64,000 nucleotides of DNA from an uncultured Candidatus Binatia bacterium (GTDB lineage: Bacteria > Desulfobacterota > Binatia > UBA9968 > JAJDTQ01): the NCBI GenBank assembly GCA_965213675.1, contig OZ243916.1:3424001-3488000 (forward strand), given 5' to 3'. The first letter of the stretch is position 1. Every line of letters begins with the position of its first letter. The translations under genes were made by a program, and so were the position numbers. Shown here piece by piece: positions 29,456 through 39,617 of the stretch. Under the pieces are notes generated by a model. It saw only the letters and a program-made list of their open reading frames with translations, had not been told where the DNA came from and made no database searches.

Positions 29456-29476
29456 AATTCCTGCGGCGCAAGCTCC
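29456..29476. repeat. REP-like half element, family C
   Basis: AATTCCTGCGGCGCAAGCTCC, identical to the arm of the 62144-62203 palindrome. Confidence 0.7.
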
Positions 29477-29521
29477 CAGGGAAGGATCGGTTCGGGAGTC
29501 GCTCCGCGGGCGGAAAGAACA

Positions 29522-30391
29522 ATGCAGGGTTTTCAGGAAGAGTTGAACGCGCTGGTGTTCGACGTCGATCAGTCGGAGTTCGAGGCGCAGGTGCTGGAAC
29601 GTTCCCGGGAGACGCCGGTGGCGGTGGATTTCTGGGCGCCGTGGTGCGGTCCGTGCCGGGTGCTGGGGCCGGTGCTGGAGCGGCTCGCCGAGGAGTACGG
29701 CGGCAAGTTCGTGCTGGCCAAGGTCAACGTGGACGAGAACCAGGATCTGGCGGCGGGTTTCGGCATTCAGGGCATCCCGGCGGTCAAGGTGTTCAAGGAC
29801 GGCGCCTTGGCCGCCGAGTTCACCGGCGCGTTGCCGGAAACCGGCGTGCGCGAGATCCTCGACCGGGTGGTGCCCTCGCGCGAGGACGAGTTGACCGCCG
29901 AGGCGGACGGATGGTGGGCCCAGGGGGATGCCGGGCGGGCGCAGGCCATCTACCAACGGGTGCTGGAGACCGCGCCCAACCATGCCGGCGCGCTCCTGGG
30001 ACTCGGCCGCGGCCTGCTGGAAACGGATGCCGAACGCGCCCTGTCCCTGCTGGAGAGGGTCCCGTTGGGCGACCCGGAACGCCACGAGGCCGACAGGCTG
30101 ATCGCCCGCCAGAAGCTCAGCGCGGCCGAAGGCGCGGACATCGAGTCGCTTCGCCAGGAACTGGCGGCGGCCCCGGGCCGCCTCGACCTGCGTTTCCGCC
30201 TGGCCCAGGCGCTGGCGGCCGAAGAACGCTACGAGGCCGCCCTCGAAGAATTCCTGGCGGTGCTCAGGCAGGATCGTGCCTTCGAGGACGACGGCGCCCG
30301 CAAGGCCATGGTGCAGATCTTCGAGGTCCTGGGCCGGAGCGAACTGGCCGACCGCTTCCGCTCCGAGATGGCCAAGGTGCTGTTCAGTTGA
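29522..30391 (+). CDS. Thioredoxin-TPR chaperedoxin (CnoX/YbbN-like)
   Basis: [10 protein letters not shown] thioredoxin domain followed by TPR helices, [17 protein letters not shown]-terminus. Confidence 0.9.
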   Translation: MQGFQEELNALVFDVDQSEFEAQVLERSRETPVAVDFWAPWCGPCRVLGPVLERLAEEYGGKFVLAKVNVDENQDLAAGFGIQGIPAVKVFKDGALAAEFTGALPETGVREILDRVVPSREDELTAEADGWWAQGDAGRAQAIYQRVLETAPNHAGALLGLGRGLLETDAERALSLLERVPLGDPERHEADRLIARQKLSAAEGADIESLRQELAAAPGRLDLRFRLAQALAAEERYEAALEEFLAVLRQDRAFEDDGARKAMVQIFEVLGRSELADRFRSEMAKVLFS

Positions 30392-30469
30392 ATGGCGCAA
30401 GCTCCTGGCGGGTGCGCGGGGCGCCCATGGCGCGATGGGAACAACCACGACGGCCCGATGGGAACAAGG

Positions 30470-30941
30470 ATGCGGCGTCACTGAACGGTTTGCCGGCCAT
30501 ATCCGTACACTGGGGAAATTCGGCAAACTCAAGGACTTCATTTTCGTGCTGGACGGAGACTCCCGCGGCCATGAGGGGCGTCTCCAGGTGATCGCGGAAC
30601 AGTTTGGACACCGGGTGCAGCCGTTGTTTCTCCCGGGAGAAACGTCGCCCGAGCCGTGGATATGGGAGGCTCTCCGAAGCCGCCCCGAAGACTATGCCAC
30701 GAGCCTCGGCCTCTCCGTCGTGGATGTCCAACGAACCATGCAGGAGTTTTCCCAATTGACGGGCGGCGCAGTTCGCGGGCGCCACGATGCCAAGACGGCG
30801 TTGGGAGCGTTCGCGGCCGCGCTGGACCGGACCGTGCCCGAAGTGGCCCGAGTCGTCGGACAGAAGGAAGCGGCCGCTGGCCGCGTAGCCGAGTTCATGG
30901 TGGACCTGAGAGAACAGATCAGTGCCTGGAGACAGCTATGA
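30470..30941 (+). pseudogene. Probable 5'-truncated gene fragment (TOPRIM/ATPase-associated C-terminus-like)
   Basis: Protein-like frame FIFVLDGD...LFLPGETSPEPWIWE with no credible start; preceded by a REP fragment; start coordinate approximate. Confidence 0.45.
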
Positions 30942-31026
30942 TTCTCTTCGACGGTTTGTCGCCCGCACTCCTCTGGGTCGATTCCGCGTCAACCCTTCCC
31001 GTCGGGTCACCCGACCTGCCTGTCGC

Positions 31027-32139
31027 CTACGCCTGAGCCCGGTTGGCCTCCGCTGGCGCCACCGTGGTGGCATCCAGCCGCGCCCGTAGCCGCGGATAGA
31101 ACCTGAGCGGGTTCTCGAACAGGATCTTGTGCTTCAGTTCGTCGCTCATGTCGTCGCGCCCGAGCAGGTGCGGGATGTCTTCGCTGAAGTCCCGCTGATC
31201 CCGTTCGTGAGGATAGTCGGACGCCCACAGCAGCGTGTGTTCGGGAACCAGCCGGGCGGTTTCCGGCAGGAGCGTCTCCTCCACCTCGGCGGCAAAGTAG
31301 ATGTTGCCTTCCCGGAAATATTCGCTGGGCTTGCGCTTGCAGTTGGGCGAGTAGTGTCCTTTGCGCTCGTACTCCTCGTCCAGACGGTCCATGAGGTATG
31401 GGACCCAGCCCGCGCCGCATTCCAGGACGCCGAAGCGCAGGCTCGGGAACAGTTCGAATACGCCTTCACAGATCATCGCCACGATTTGCCGGAACTGCGC
31501 GAACGGATGCTCCAACGTGTGGGCCACCATGAAGTTCCGGGTGTCGTCGATGCCCAGGTCCGGGAAACTCATGCCGCCGTGGGGCGACACCGGCACGTCC
31601 AACCGCTGGGCTTCCTCCCATAGCGGGTGGAAATCCGCTCCGCTGAACAGCTTTCCTCCCGGAGTGGCCGACGGCAGCACCGCGCCCACCATCCCCAGAT
31701 CTTCCACCGCGCGCCGCAGCTCCTTCACGGCCTCGTCGATGTCCTGGATGGGCAACAGCGCCACGCCCACCAGGCGCGGGCTCACCCGCATGAAGCGGTC
31801 GTGCAGCCAGTCGTTGTAGGCCCGGGCCATGGTGATGGCCCATTCGTGGTCGCGGATGGCCGCGTGGGTCAGGCCTTGGGTCGGGTACAGCACGGTCAAC
31901 TCGATGCCGTTCTTGTCGAGGAAGTCGAGCCAGTGCCCGGCGTTGGGTCCGGTGCCGGCGCCGACCCAGCCGCCCGGCTGCCGCAGCGAGCGAAGGTAGC
32001 CGTCCATGGTGAGCCCCGGCCAGAAACCGTAGGAGCGGTGCCATTCCAGTTTCGCATACGGGCCGCCGATGTAGTCGCGAAGCTCGTCGTCGAGTTCCAT
32101 CACATGTCCGTCCGCGTCGATAATGCGTGGTTGCGTCAT
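31027..32139 (-). CDS. Amidohydrolase_2 family protein
   Basis: IIDADGH, ARAYNDWL, ECGAGW, WASDYPH. Confidence 0.92.
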   Translation of the reverse strand: MTQPRIIDADGHVMELDDELRDYIGGPYAKLEWHRSYGFWPGLTMDGYLRSLRQPGGWVGAGTGPNAGHWLDFLDKNGIELTVLYPTQGLTHAAIRDHEWAITMARAYNDWLHDRFMRVSPRLVGVALLPIQDIDEAVKELRRAVEDLGMVGAVLPSATPGGKLFSGADFHPLWEEAQRLDVPVSPHGGMSFPDLGIDDTRNFMVAHTLEHPFAQFRQIVAMICEGVFELFPSLRFGVLECGAGWVPYLMDRLDEEYERKGHYSPNCKRKPSEYFREGNIYFAAEVEETLLPETARLVPEHTLLWASDYPHERDQRDFSEDIPHLLGRDDMSDELKHKILFENPLRFYPRLRARLDATTVAPAEANRAQA

Positions 32140-32325
32140 GGCATTCTCCCTTCGGTTCAACGGGTAGCGATGCCGCAGATGGTAGCCTGGATAGCGTGCA
32201 CGGGCAAGCTGGAAAGTATGGTGGCAGCGCCCCGTTCTCTACCCATACCGAAATGGATTCTCTATAATCACGCGCATTCATATCAGGATCGCATCATGGC
32301 GTGCTCATCCGGGGAGGCTATCGCA

Positions 32326-34035
32326 ATGTCGAAACCGCGCACTCTGTTGCTGGCAGTGGCCCTTCTCGTCGCGGTCACCACCGCGGCCTACGCGCAACGC
32401 GGGGCCGACGGCGAACTCAGGATGCTCTACTGGCAGGCGCCGTCGATCCTGAATCCGTTCCTCTCGGGCGGGACCAAGGACATTCACGCCGCGGCGTTCG
32501 TGCTCGAGCCGCTGGCGCGATACGACGACGATGCCCGAATGGTTCCGGCGCTGGCCGCGGCAATCCCCACCGTGGCGAACGGCGGTGTCGCGGCCGATCT
32601 CAAGTCCGTCACCTGGAAGCTTCGGAAGGACGTGACGTGGTCCGACGGGACGCCGTTCACCGCGGCCGACGTTGTTTTCTCGGCCGCCTTTTGCATGCAT
32701 CCGGACGGCGGCTGCAACGCCGCCGCCCGGTTTCAGGACGTGGAAGCGGTGGAGGCGCTGGACGACCACAGCGTGCGGATCTCCTTCAAGGTCGCCATGC
32801 CGTTTCCCTACGCGCCATTCGTGGGGGCCACCTGTCCGGTGATCCAGAAGAAGCAGTTCGAGGGCTGTCAGGGAGCCAGGGCGCCGGAGTGCACCGAGCA
32901 GAACTTCGCCCCCGTCGGCACCGGTCCCTTCAAGGTTCAGGAATTCCGGCCCAACGACGTGGTGCGCTACGAGATGAACGAGCGCTATCGCGACCCGGAT
33001 CAGCCGAACTTTGCCTCCGTGCTGGTGAAGGGCGGCGGCGACGCCGTGTCCGCGGCCCGGGCGGTGCTGGAAACCGGCGAGTTCGACTACGCCTGGAACC
33101 TTCAGGTGGAACCCGAGATCCTCGCGGCCATGGAGAAGGCGGGCAAGGGCAAGGTGGTGTCGGCCTTCGGCACCCTGGTGGAGCGGTTGATCGTGCAACT
33201 CACCAACCCCGACCCCGCGCTGGGCGAGAAGCGCGCCACCTATCAGGATGGCAAGAACCCCCACCCCTTTCTCTCGGACCCCGCGGTGCGCCGCGCGCTG
33301 TCCCTGGCCATCGACCGGAACATTCTGGTGGAGGCGGGCTACGGCCAGGCCGGCCGCGTGACCTGCAATATCCTGCCGGCCCCGCCGGTGTACGCCTCCA
33401 CGGCCCACGACTGGTGCAAGACCCCGGACGTCGCCGCCGCCAACAAGCTGCTGGACGACGCCGGCTGGGTGCGCGGCCCCGACGGCATCCGCGCCAGGGA
33501 CGGAGTGCGCCTTTCGATCCTCTACCAGACCTCCACCAACTCCGTGCGCCAGGGAACCCAGGCGCTGATCAAGCAGATGTGGCGGCAGATCGGCGTTGAG
33601 ACCGAGCTCAGGAACATCAGCGCTTCGGTGTTCTTCGGCAGCGACCCGGGGAGCCCGGACACCTACCAGAAATTTTACGCGGACATCCAGATGTACGCCA
33701 ACCAGTTCAACGGCACCGATCCCCAGGCCTACATGCAAAGCTGGCTGTGCAAGGAAATTCCCGCCCCCGGCAACCAGTGGATCGGCAACAACATGCCGCG
33801 CTACTGCGATGCGGAATATGAGAAGCTCGCCGCGCAGTTGGCCAAGACCGCGGGCATCGAGCCGCGCGCCGCCATCGCCCGGCGTCTGAACGACATGCTG
33901 ATGGAATACGGCGCGTTGATCCCGCTGGTGCACCGCGGCGAGGTGGGGGCGCACGCTCTGTCCCTGGGCGGCGTCCGCATCAATGCCTGGGACGCGTTGC
34001 AGTGGAACATCGCGGAGTGGCGCCGCCTGAAGTAG
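32326..34035 (+). CDS. Peptide/nickel ABC transporter substrate-binding protein
   Basis: Signal peptide, YWQAPSILNP, WSDGTPFTAADV, PVGTGPF, VRRALSLAIDR. Confidence 0.92.
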   Translation: MSKPRTLLLAVALLVAVTTAAYAQRGADGELRMLYWQAPSILNPFLSGGTKDIHAAAFVLEPLARYDDDARMVPALAAAIPTVANGGVAADLKSVTWKLRKDVTWSDGTPFTAADVVFSAAFCMHPDGGCNAAARFQDVEAVEALDDHSVRISFKVAMPFPYAPFVGATCPVIQKKQFEGCQGARAPECTEQNFAPVGTGPFKVQEFRPNDVVRYEMNERYRDPDQPNFASVLVKGGGDAVSAARAVLETGEFDYAWNLQVEPEILAAMEKAGKGKVVSAFGTLVERLIVQLTNPDPALGEKRATYQDGKNPHPFLSDPAVRRALSLAIDRNILVEAGYGQAGRVTCNILPAPPVYASTAHDWCKTPDVAAANKLLDDAGWVRGPDGIRARDGVRLSILYQTSTNSVRQGTQALIKQMWRQIGVETELRNISASVFFGSDPGSPDTYQKFYADIQMYANQFNGTDPQAYMQSWLCKEIPAPGNQWIGNNMPRYCDAEYEKLAAQLAKTAGIEPRAAIARRLNDMLMEYGALIPLVHRGEVGAHALSLGGVRINAWDALQWNIAEWRRLK

Positions 34036-34077
34036 CGCGATCCGGTATTCCAGCAGCCGGGCAGACGAGTCCCCCGC

Positions 34078-35091
34078 ATGTCCCGTTACCTGGGCAGACG
34101 CCTGCTCTTTGCGATCCCGACGCTTCTGGTCATCAGCTTCATCGTTTTCGCGCTGCTGGACCTTGCCCCCAACGACCCCACGGCCCAGCTTCCGCTGACC
34201 ATTCCGCCCGAGACCCGGCAGGCCATTCGGGAGAGCCTGGGCCTAGGGCAGCCCTTCCACATCCGCTACCTCAAGTGGCTCGACCAGTTCCTGGTGAGCG
34301 AGCCCCTGAATCTGCTGGAGCGGATGTGGGGCGTCGAGATCGGCGATTCCGCTGGCCGCCTGCGGGTGCGTTCCTGGGCCACGCGCGCGCCGGTGGTGGA
34401 CCTGATCGCGTCCCGGCTGCCGCAAACCCTCACCGTCGTCGGCGTCTCCTACATCGTGGCCATCCTCATTGCCGTGCCGGTGGGCGTGTTCTCGGCATAC
34501 CGGCAGTACTCCGTCTTCGACCAGGTGGGCACCTTCGTCACCATGGTGGGGTTCTCGGTGCCGACGTTTTTCACCGGCACGGTCCTCATCGTGGTCTTCA
34601 GCGTGGGCCTCGACTGGTTCCCGTCCATCTATGACACCACGCACCGGGTCACGGACCTGGAGAGCTTGCTGGTCCAGGTCCGACAGATGGCGATGCCGGT
34701 GATGGTGCTCGGGCTTTTCAACGCCGCGCAGCTCAGCCGCTTCACCCGCTCCGCGGTGCTGGAGAACCTGAACCAGGAATACGTGCGCACGGCCCGCGCC
34801 AAGGGATTGGCCGAGCGCGCAGTCCTTCTCGTTCACGTGCTGCGCAACAGCCTTGTCCCGGTGGTGACGGTCATCGCCCTGGGGCTGCCCACGACCTTCG
34901 CCGGGGCCATCATCACCGAGCAGATCTTCCGCATCAACGGCGTCGGCCAGTTGCTCATCGGCGCCATCGAAGGCGGCGACATCCCCACGGTGCAGACCGT
35001 GACCTTCATCTTCGCGGTGCTGATCGTCGCCTTCAATCTCATGGCGGACGTGCTCTACGGCGTGCTCGACCCGAGGATTCGCTATGAGTGA
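34078..35091 (+). CDS. Peptide ABC transporter permease (DppB/OppB-like)
   Basis: EYVRTARAKGL EAA motif, ITEQIF, LDPRIRYE. Confidence 0.93.
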   Translation: MSRYLGRRLLFAIPTLLVISFIVFALLDLAPNDPTAQLPLTIPPETRQAIRESLGLGQPFHIRYLKWLDQFLVSEPLNLLERMWGVEIGDSAGRLRVRSWATRAPVVDLIASRLPQTLTVVGVSYIVAILIAVPVGVFSAYRQYSVFDQVGTFVTMVGFSVPTFFTGTVLIVVFSVGLDWFPSIYDTTHRVTDLESLLVQVRQMAMPVMVLGLFNAAQLSRFTRSAVLENLNQEYVRTARAKGLAERAVLLVHVLRNSLVPVVTVIALGLPTTFAGAIITEQIFRINGVGQLLIGAIEGGDIPTVQTVTFIFAVLIVAFNLMADVLYGVLDPRIRYE

Positions 35092-36001
35092 CGCCAGCGC
35101 CGGTCTCACGGCCGCCGGGCCGCGGCCACCCGCGCCCGCCCAGGGCGTGTGGCAACAGTTCCGGCGCCACAAGGGCGCGGTGGCCGGCGCCGCGGTGTTC
35201 GCCTTCATGGCGCTGGCAGTCCTGCTCGGCGCTGCGGCGCACGGCGTCGACCCCCAGCATCTCGACTACCTGTCCCGGAACCAGGGCGTGTCGCTGGCGC
35301 ATCCCATGGGCACGGACAATCTCGGCCGCGACACGCTGGCGCGGGTGCTGGCCGGCGGGCGGATTTCCCTGGCGGTGGGGGTCGCCGCCATGGGCCTGTC
35401 GCTCACCCTCGGCGCCTTCGCCGGCGTCATGGCCGGCTTCTTCCAGCGGCTCGACGGCCCGCTGATGCGTCTCACCGACCTCTTTCTGGCGCTGCCGGTG
35501 CTGCCGCTGCTGCTGGTGGGGATCATGCTGTTCCGGGACCCGTTGCGCGCCGCTCTGGGACCGGAGGCGGGAATCTTCATCCTGGTGGTGGCGGTCATCG
35601 GCCTGACGAGCTGGATGCAGACCGCCCGGCTGGTGCGCGGCGAGGTCCTGGCCGTCAAGGAGCGCGAGTTCGTCGTCGCCGCCCGCGGCATGGGCGCGTC
35701 CCCGCGCGCCATCATCCTGCGCCACATTCTCCCCAACGCCCTGAGCCCCATCACCGTCGCCGCCACCCTGGGCATCGCCAACGCCATCATCACCGAAAGT
35801 GCCCTGAGCTTCCTGGGCCTGGGCTTCCCTTCCGACTTCCCCACTTGGGGCCGCCTTCTCTTCGACGGCGTCCCGTTCCTGGAAATCGCCCCCGCGCGCG
35901 TGCTCTGGCCCGGCTTGGCCATCTCGCTCACGGTCCTGAGCGTGAACTACATGGGCGACGGCCTGCGCGACGCCCTGGACCCCAGGGTCCGGCGGCACTG
36001 A
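35084..36001 (+). CDS. Peptide ABC transporter permease (DppC/OppC-like)
   Basis: HPMGTDNLGRD, HILPN, ESALSFLGLG, GDGLRDALDPR. Confidence 0.93.
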   Translation: MSDASAGLTAAGPRPPAPAQGVWQQFRRHKGAVAGAAVFAFMALAVLLGAAAHGVDPQHLDYLSRNQGVSLAHPMGTDNLGRDTLARVLAGGRISLAVGVAAMGLSLTLGAFAGVMAGFFQRLDGPLMRLTDLFLALPVLPLLLVGIMLFRDPLRAALGPEAGIFILVVAVIGLTSWMQTARLVRGEVLAVKEREFVVAARGMGASPRAIILRHILPNALSPITVAATLGIANAIITESALSFLGLGFPSDFPTWGRLLFDGVPFLEIAPARVLWPGLAISLTVLSVNYMGDGLRDALDPRVRRH

Positions 36002-36044
36002 GGCTGCCCAGGCAATCGGGCGGCCCGCGTTGGGCACCTCGAGT

Positions 36045-36710
36045 TCAAACCTGGATCCGCGGGCGCGGCGGCGGTGCGCGTCTGGCGAGCGAGCGGATAC
36101 CGGCTTCTTCGGTGACGGCGTACCAGAACCGTTCGCCGTCCAGAGCCATGCACGCGGGTCGGAAGGGAACCACCCGGCGTTCCATGACCTGCTCGCGCGC
36201 CGGGTCGAAGCGTAGAAACGCGTAGACGGCCTGGCGCTCATCGCTCCAGTCGCCGAGGGGGCCGGGGTCGCACTCGGCGCACCAAATCTCGTCGCCGAAC
36301 GAAGTAGGGCTGTAGACCTGATGCTCCATGCGGATGGTCCAAAGGTTCCGTCCGCTCTCGGGGTCGATGCAGAAGAGCTTGCGGTTGCGCCGGTGGGTCA
36401 GCCACAGCTTGCCGTTCAGCACCGTGGCGCCGGACGCGGCGCCGTCGGGACAATCGAAGCGGCGCACCACGCGATTCGTTTCGCGGGACCAGAGCAGCAG
36501 TTGCTGTCCCAACCTGCCGCCGCCGGTGATGAGCCACAGGCCTTCGCTGCACGGACAGGCGTGGCGGACTCCAGGGAGCGAGAGAACCTCCTCGCACGAT
36601 TCACTGGCGGGATCGTAAGCCAACACGACGGACTCGTCGGCCGACGCAAGCCACAGGCGCCCCGAGTGCCACTGCATGTCCGTTACGGAGATTGACCGGA
36701 TGTCGATCAT
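36045..36710 (-). CDS. Hypothetical beta-propeller-like protein
   Basis: Repeated G-x-LW...YDP/IDP/FDP blade-like motifs. Confidence 0.6.
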   Translation of the reverse strand: MIDIRSISVTDMQWHSGRLWLASADESVVLAYDPASESCEEVLSLPGVRHACPCSEGLWLITGGGRLGQQLLLWSRETNRVVRRFDCPDGAASGATVLNGKLWLTHRRNRKLFCIDPESGRNLWTIRMEHQVYSPTSFGDEIWCAECDPGPLGDWSDERQAVYAFLRFDPAREQVMERRVVPFRPACMALDGERFWYAVTEEAGIRSLARRAPPPRPRIQV

Positions 36711-36782
36711 GGGCGTGAGGCGGTGGGCGGCGATTTCCTCTGGTCTCCCGAAAGCCCCGAACTACGCCGAGTTGTGCCCCGT

Positions 36783-38642
36783 CTATTGCGAGGGATGATG
36801 CGCGCTCGACGTATTCGTCGTCTCGACGGTATTCATGAACGGCGGCGTTCGCGGAGTCTCGCCCCCAATAAGCAAGCGAATGTCCGCCAAATCTTTGACG
36901 AATACGTCCGCACTCACCCGATAGTAGCGCCAGCAACTGAACTCGTGCGCCCAGCGCGTTGCATGGATGGCGTGCTCTGCCTTGTCAACGTATTGGGCCG
37001 CTTCGGGTTCGTGACCTGTAGCCCAGTAAGCGATCGCCATGCACTGATAGAAGTTGGCACCCTTGTCTGAGTTCACGCCCGACCGGTCCAGCTCAACCAC
37101 ACGTGCAAACGTTGGTTCTTGTACCTCCCCGCTTTTACCCCATGAGGCCATCCCATAGTTGAAAGCGTCCTGGATCGTCATTTCATCCACCGGTTTGCCA
37201 TCGGCCCGAAGTACCCTCACAGCATCGGAGAATCTGCCGGTGCCGATATGGCACAGGATCAACTGTTGCCGTGCCTGCTCGCGCCGGGTCGGGGAAAGTT
37301 CTTCGCAATCGATGAGCCGTTCCCATATTGGGATTGCGATGCGCATGGTCCCGAAAGAACGGTCCAGACCGTCCGCAAGCCATATCTGGTCGTGCGGTTC
37401 CAGCGATGTTACCGCGACCGCGTGGGCCACTCGTTCCGGTTCTTGTGACCTTATCCGCGATAGGGCCTCCCGTACCATGGGGGGAGGAAGATTCGGAAAT
37501 TGAAGGACTTCCAAGGCGTCCTGCTCCGCGCCGCCGGCGTCGTTGCATTGCGCGCGACTCCGCGACCTTTGCAGAAATACTTCCGGCTTGGCATATCCTG
37601 CTGCGATTGCGCGTGACGCGATTGCGCTGGCCCAAGCTGTTTCGCCGTCGCGTTCGCGGATCTCCGCAAGCCGGTACAGGACCTCGCCGTCGGTCGGATG
37701 CGCCTTCTCGATCTTGTCGAGCATCGCATCTCTTGCCTGTATGGACTCGCCCCGGATTCGCAGTCTGCCCGTGGCTCGGCTTATGTAGCCCAATGCGCCG
37801 TCGCGGTCATCCGGGTTGAGTCGGGAAAGTTCGCGGACCAACTCTACGTATTCCTGCGCGAGGCGGCTTCTGGGGCGATCCTTCGTAAACACGACTTGGT
37901 TCAGCAACGAAAGGCTGTCGTATCTGTGAATCATCAGCAGCTCACGCTGGAAGCCGAGCTGGCTTTGGAACGCCTTGATCTTTTCGTCGAGAATGCTGTC
38001 CTCGTCGTCCAAATCCGGGACATTGGACATGACGAAATGGAGTTCGATGTCCTTGTTACGTGGTTCGTCGCTTTCGCTGCGAATCTCCCGGACCACCCGC
38101 GTCAGTCCACGCAGGTTTTGTTCGTTCGGAAAGAACAGAATCACTACCGCGTCCGGAAGTTGACGGGTGCAAATGCCGCCGACGTCGGTGTGTCCGGTGC
38201 GCGAGTCGATCAGCACGTAGTCGGGGTTGATGGTTTGCCTCCATTGCTCCTTGAGATCCTCGAACAGCAGGTAGCCGTCGCGTTCCGCATAGAGTGCGCC
38301 CCAGTCGATCTGACTGAGTCGTTGCGCGTATGTCGCGTGCCGGCCGGAGGGCATGATCCACAATCTGCCTCCGGTGTCACCGAAATCGGCCGGTGTCTCG
38401 CTGACAAAACGAGCGGCGTCTGGAGCTTGGCCCGAATCCAGGTATTCGCTGACGAAGTCAACCATTCCTGGAACCGGATCCCGTGGTGTCGTGACGTCGA
38501 AGGTGTCAAGTCCGGGAGCTTCCAGGTCGAAATCCACGACAAGTACGCCGCGTCCCCGGTTGGCCAGTTCCACGGCCACGTTCACCAAGGCCATGGAGCG
38601 GCCGACGCCACCCTTGAAGGAGTAGAAGGCTGTTATGTACAT
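36783..38642 (-). CDS. KGGVGR-motif ParA/MinD-type ATPase fused to helical (TPR-like) repeats
   Basis: FYSFKGGVGRS, VDFDLEAPG, YVLIDSRTG, PNEQNL; helical C-terminal half. Confidence 0.85.
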   Translation of the reverse strand: MYITAFYSFKGGVGRSMALVNVAVELANRGRGVLVVDFDLEAPGLDTFDVTTPRDPVPGMVDFVSEYLDSGQAPDAARFVSETPADFGDTGGRLWIMPSGRHATYAQRLSQIDWGALYAERDGYLLFEDLKEQWRQTINPDYVLIDSRTGHTDVGGICTRQLPDAVVILFFPNEQNLRGLTRVVREIRSESDEPRNKDIELHFVMSNVPDLDDEDSILDEKIKAFQSQLGFQRELLMIHRYDSLSLLNQVVFTKDRPRSRLAQEYVELVRELSRLNPDDRDGALGYISRATGRLRIRGESIQARDAMLDKIEKAHPTDGEVLYRLAEIRERDGETAWASAIASRAIAAGYAKPEVFLQRSRSRAQCNDAGGAEQDALEVLQFPNLPPPMVREALSRIRSQEPERVAHAVAVTSLEPHDQIWLADGLDRSFGTMRIAIPIWERLIDCEELSPTRREQARQQLILCHIGTGRFSDAVRVLRADGKPVDEMTIQDAFNYGMASWGKSGEVQEPTFARVVELDRSGVNSDKGANFYQCMAIAYWATGHEPEAAQYVDKAEHAIHATRWAHEFSCWRYYRVSADVFVKDLADIRLLIGGETPRTPPFMNTVETTNTSSAHHPSQ

Positions 38643-38646
38643 GGCG

Positions 38647-39210
38647 TCAGGCCGCCATACGTAACCTGAAGTTCTCCTGGTCGCTGCGCACCTTGTCGGA
38701 GACCTTCAACGCCCGAAACGGTTGTTCACCAGTGATTGGCGTCGCTCCCGTCGCAGACTTCTCAGGCTTGATGATATCCATGAGGCGTTGCAGCGTCCCT
38801 GGCAATGCCAGTAGCCGGAGGTACCTGTCGTATGCGTGGGTCTGGATGTTGATGCCCTTTTCCCATCGATTCAGCGACGCTTCTCCGATCCCCGTGATCG
38901 CGGCAAACTTTGTGCGCGTCATGCCGAGGTCCTCCCTGATGCGACGAATCTCACGCGGGGCGAGCACGCCGAAGTGTCTGCAGACGGCCTCGTGCTGCCG
39001 GTCTTCGGCAACCTCGTCCAGATAGTCGTAGTCGCAAGGTGTACAGCGGCGCACCGGCAGTTCCACGGTCAACTCAATCGCCGACTCCCCCGTCCCATAG
39101 TCGAATGTGTGGCTGTGCATGGTGGTGGCGACAGTGTCTCGTCCGCACAGTGGACACTGGAGACCGCGCTGGGCGGGTTCTCTCGGCGTCGTCTTCTGTT
39201 CCGAATCCAT
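38647..39210 (-). CDS. MqsA-like antitoxin (zinc ribbon + XRE HTH) with C-terminal extension
   Basis: CPLC...CTPC, then EIRRIREDLGMTRTKFAAITGIGEASLNRWEKG. Confidence 0.85.
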   Translation of the reverse strand: MDSEQKTTPREPAQRGLQCPLCGRDTVATTMHSHTFDYGTGESAIELTVELPVRRCTPCDYDYLDEVAEDRQHEAVCRHFGVLAPREIRRIREDLGMTRTKFAAITGIGEASLNRWEKGINIQTHAYDRYLRLLALPGTLQRLMDIIKPEKSATGATPITGEQPFRALKVSDKVRSDQENFRLRMAA

Positions 39211-39221
39211 TCCAAGTTCCC

Positions 39222-39578
39222 TCAATCGTTCGGTTCCGAGTAGTGAAAGCTGCGTCCAATGATCCACCCGGATCCCAGCTGAAGCTTGATGTAGAGTTTG
39301 GTTTGCCCCGGTTCCAGATCGACCAACATGACGTAGCCCGTTGCTCCGGGCGGTTTGTCCAATCTGATTGCTTCCAGAGGATGACCCTCCTCAAGTTTGG
39401 AGGCAATCAGGTCCCATGCGGCGGAGTCTGAAAAGTGCGTGTCCAGTAAACCGTTTGGGTTGCGGACCTGTCGAGGTCGCCAGTCTGTTGGGCGGCTGAG
39501 GTTGAAGTCCATGCGACGGGCGTCCTTTCGCCTGGCAAGCACGACCAATGCATGCCGTGTTGCCGCGTCTACAGGCAA
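39222..39578 (-). CDS. Putative MqsR/RelE-superfamily toxin
   Basis: 118 aa upstream of the antitoxin; LYIKLQL...IIGRSFH C-terminus typical of MqsR-like toxins; GGAGAG RBS, TTG start. Confidence 0.68.
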   Translation of the reverse strand: MPVDAATRHALVVLARRKDARRMDFNLSRPTDWRPRQVRNPNGLLDTHFSDSAAWDLIASKLEEGHPLEAIRLDKPPGATGYVMLVDLEPGQTKLYIKLQLGSGWIIGRSFHYSEPND

Positions 39579-39617
39579 AGGTCTCTCCGAGAAGTCGCGA
39601 AGAAACCGTTGGCGGCA

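Noticed and set aside
31627-32325. N-terminal extensions in the ORF track (ABC binding protein, also pmbA, kdsA, hemW, the CoxL-like subunit)
   Set aside because: Extensions overlap neighbouring genes; family motifs and RBSs indicate the later starts
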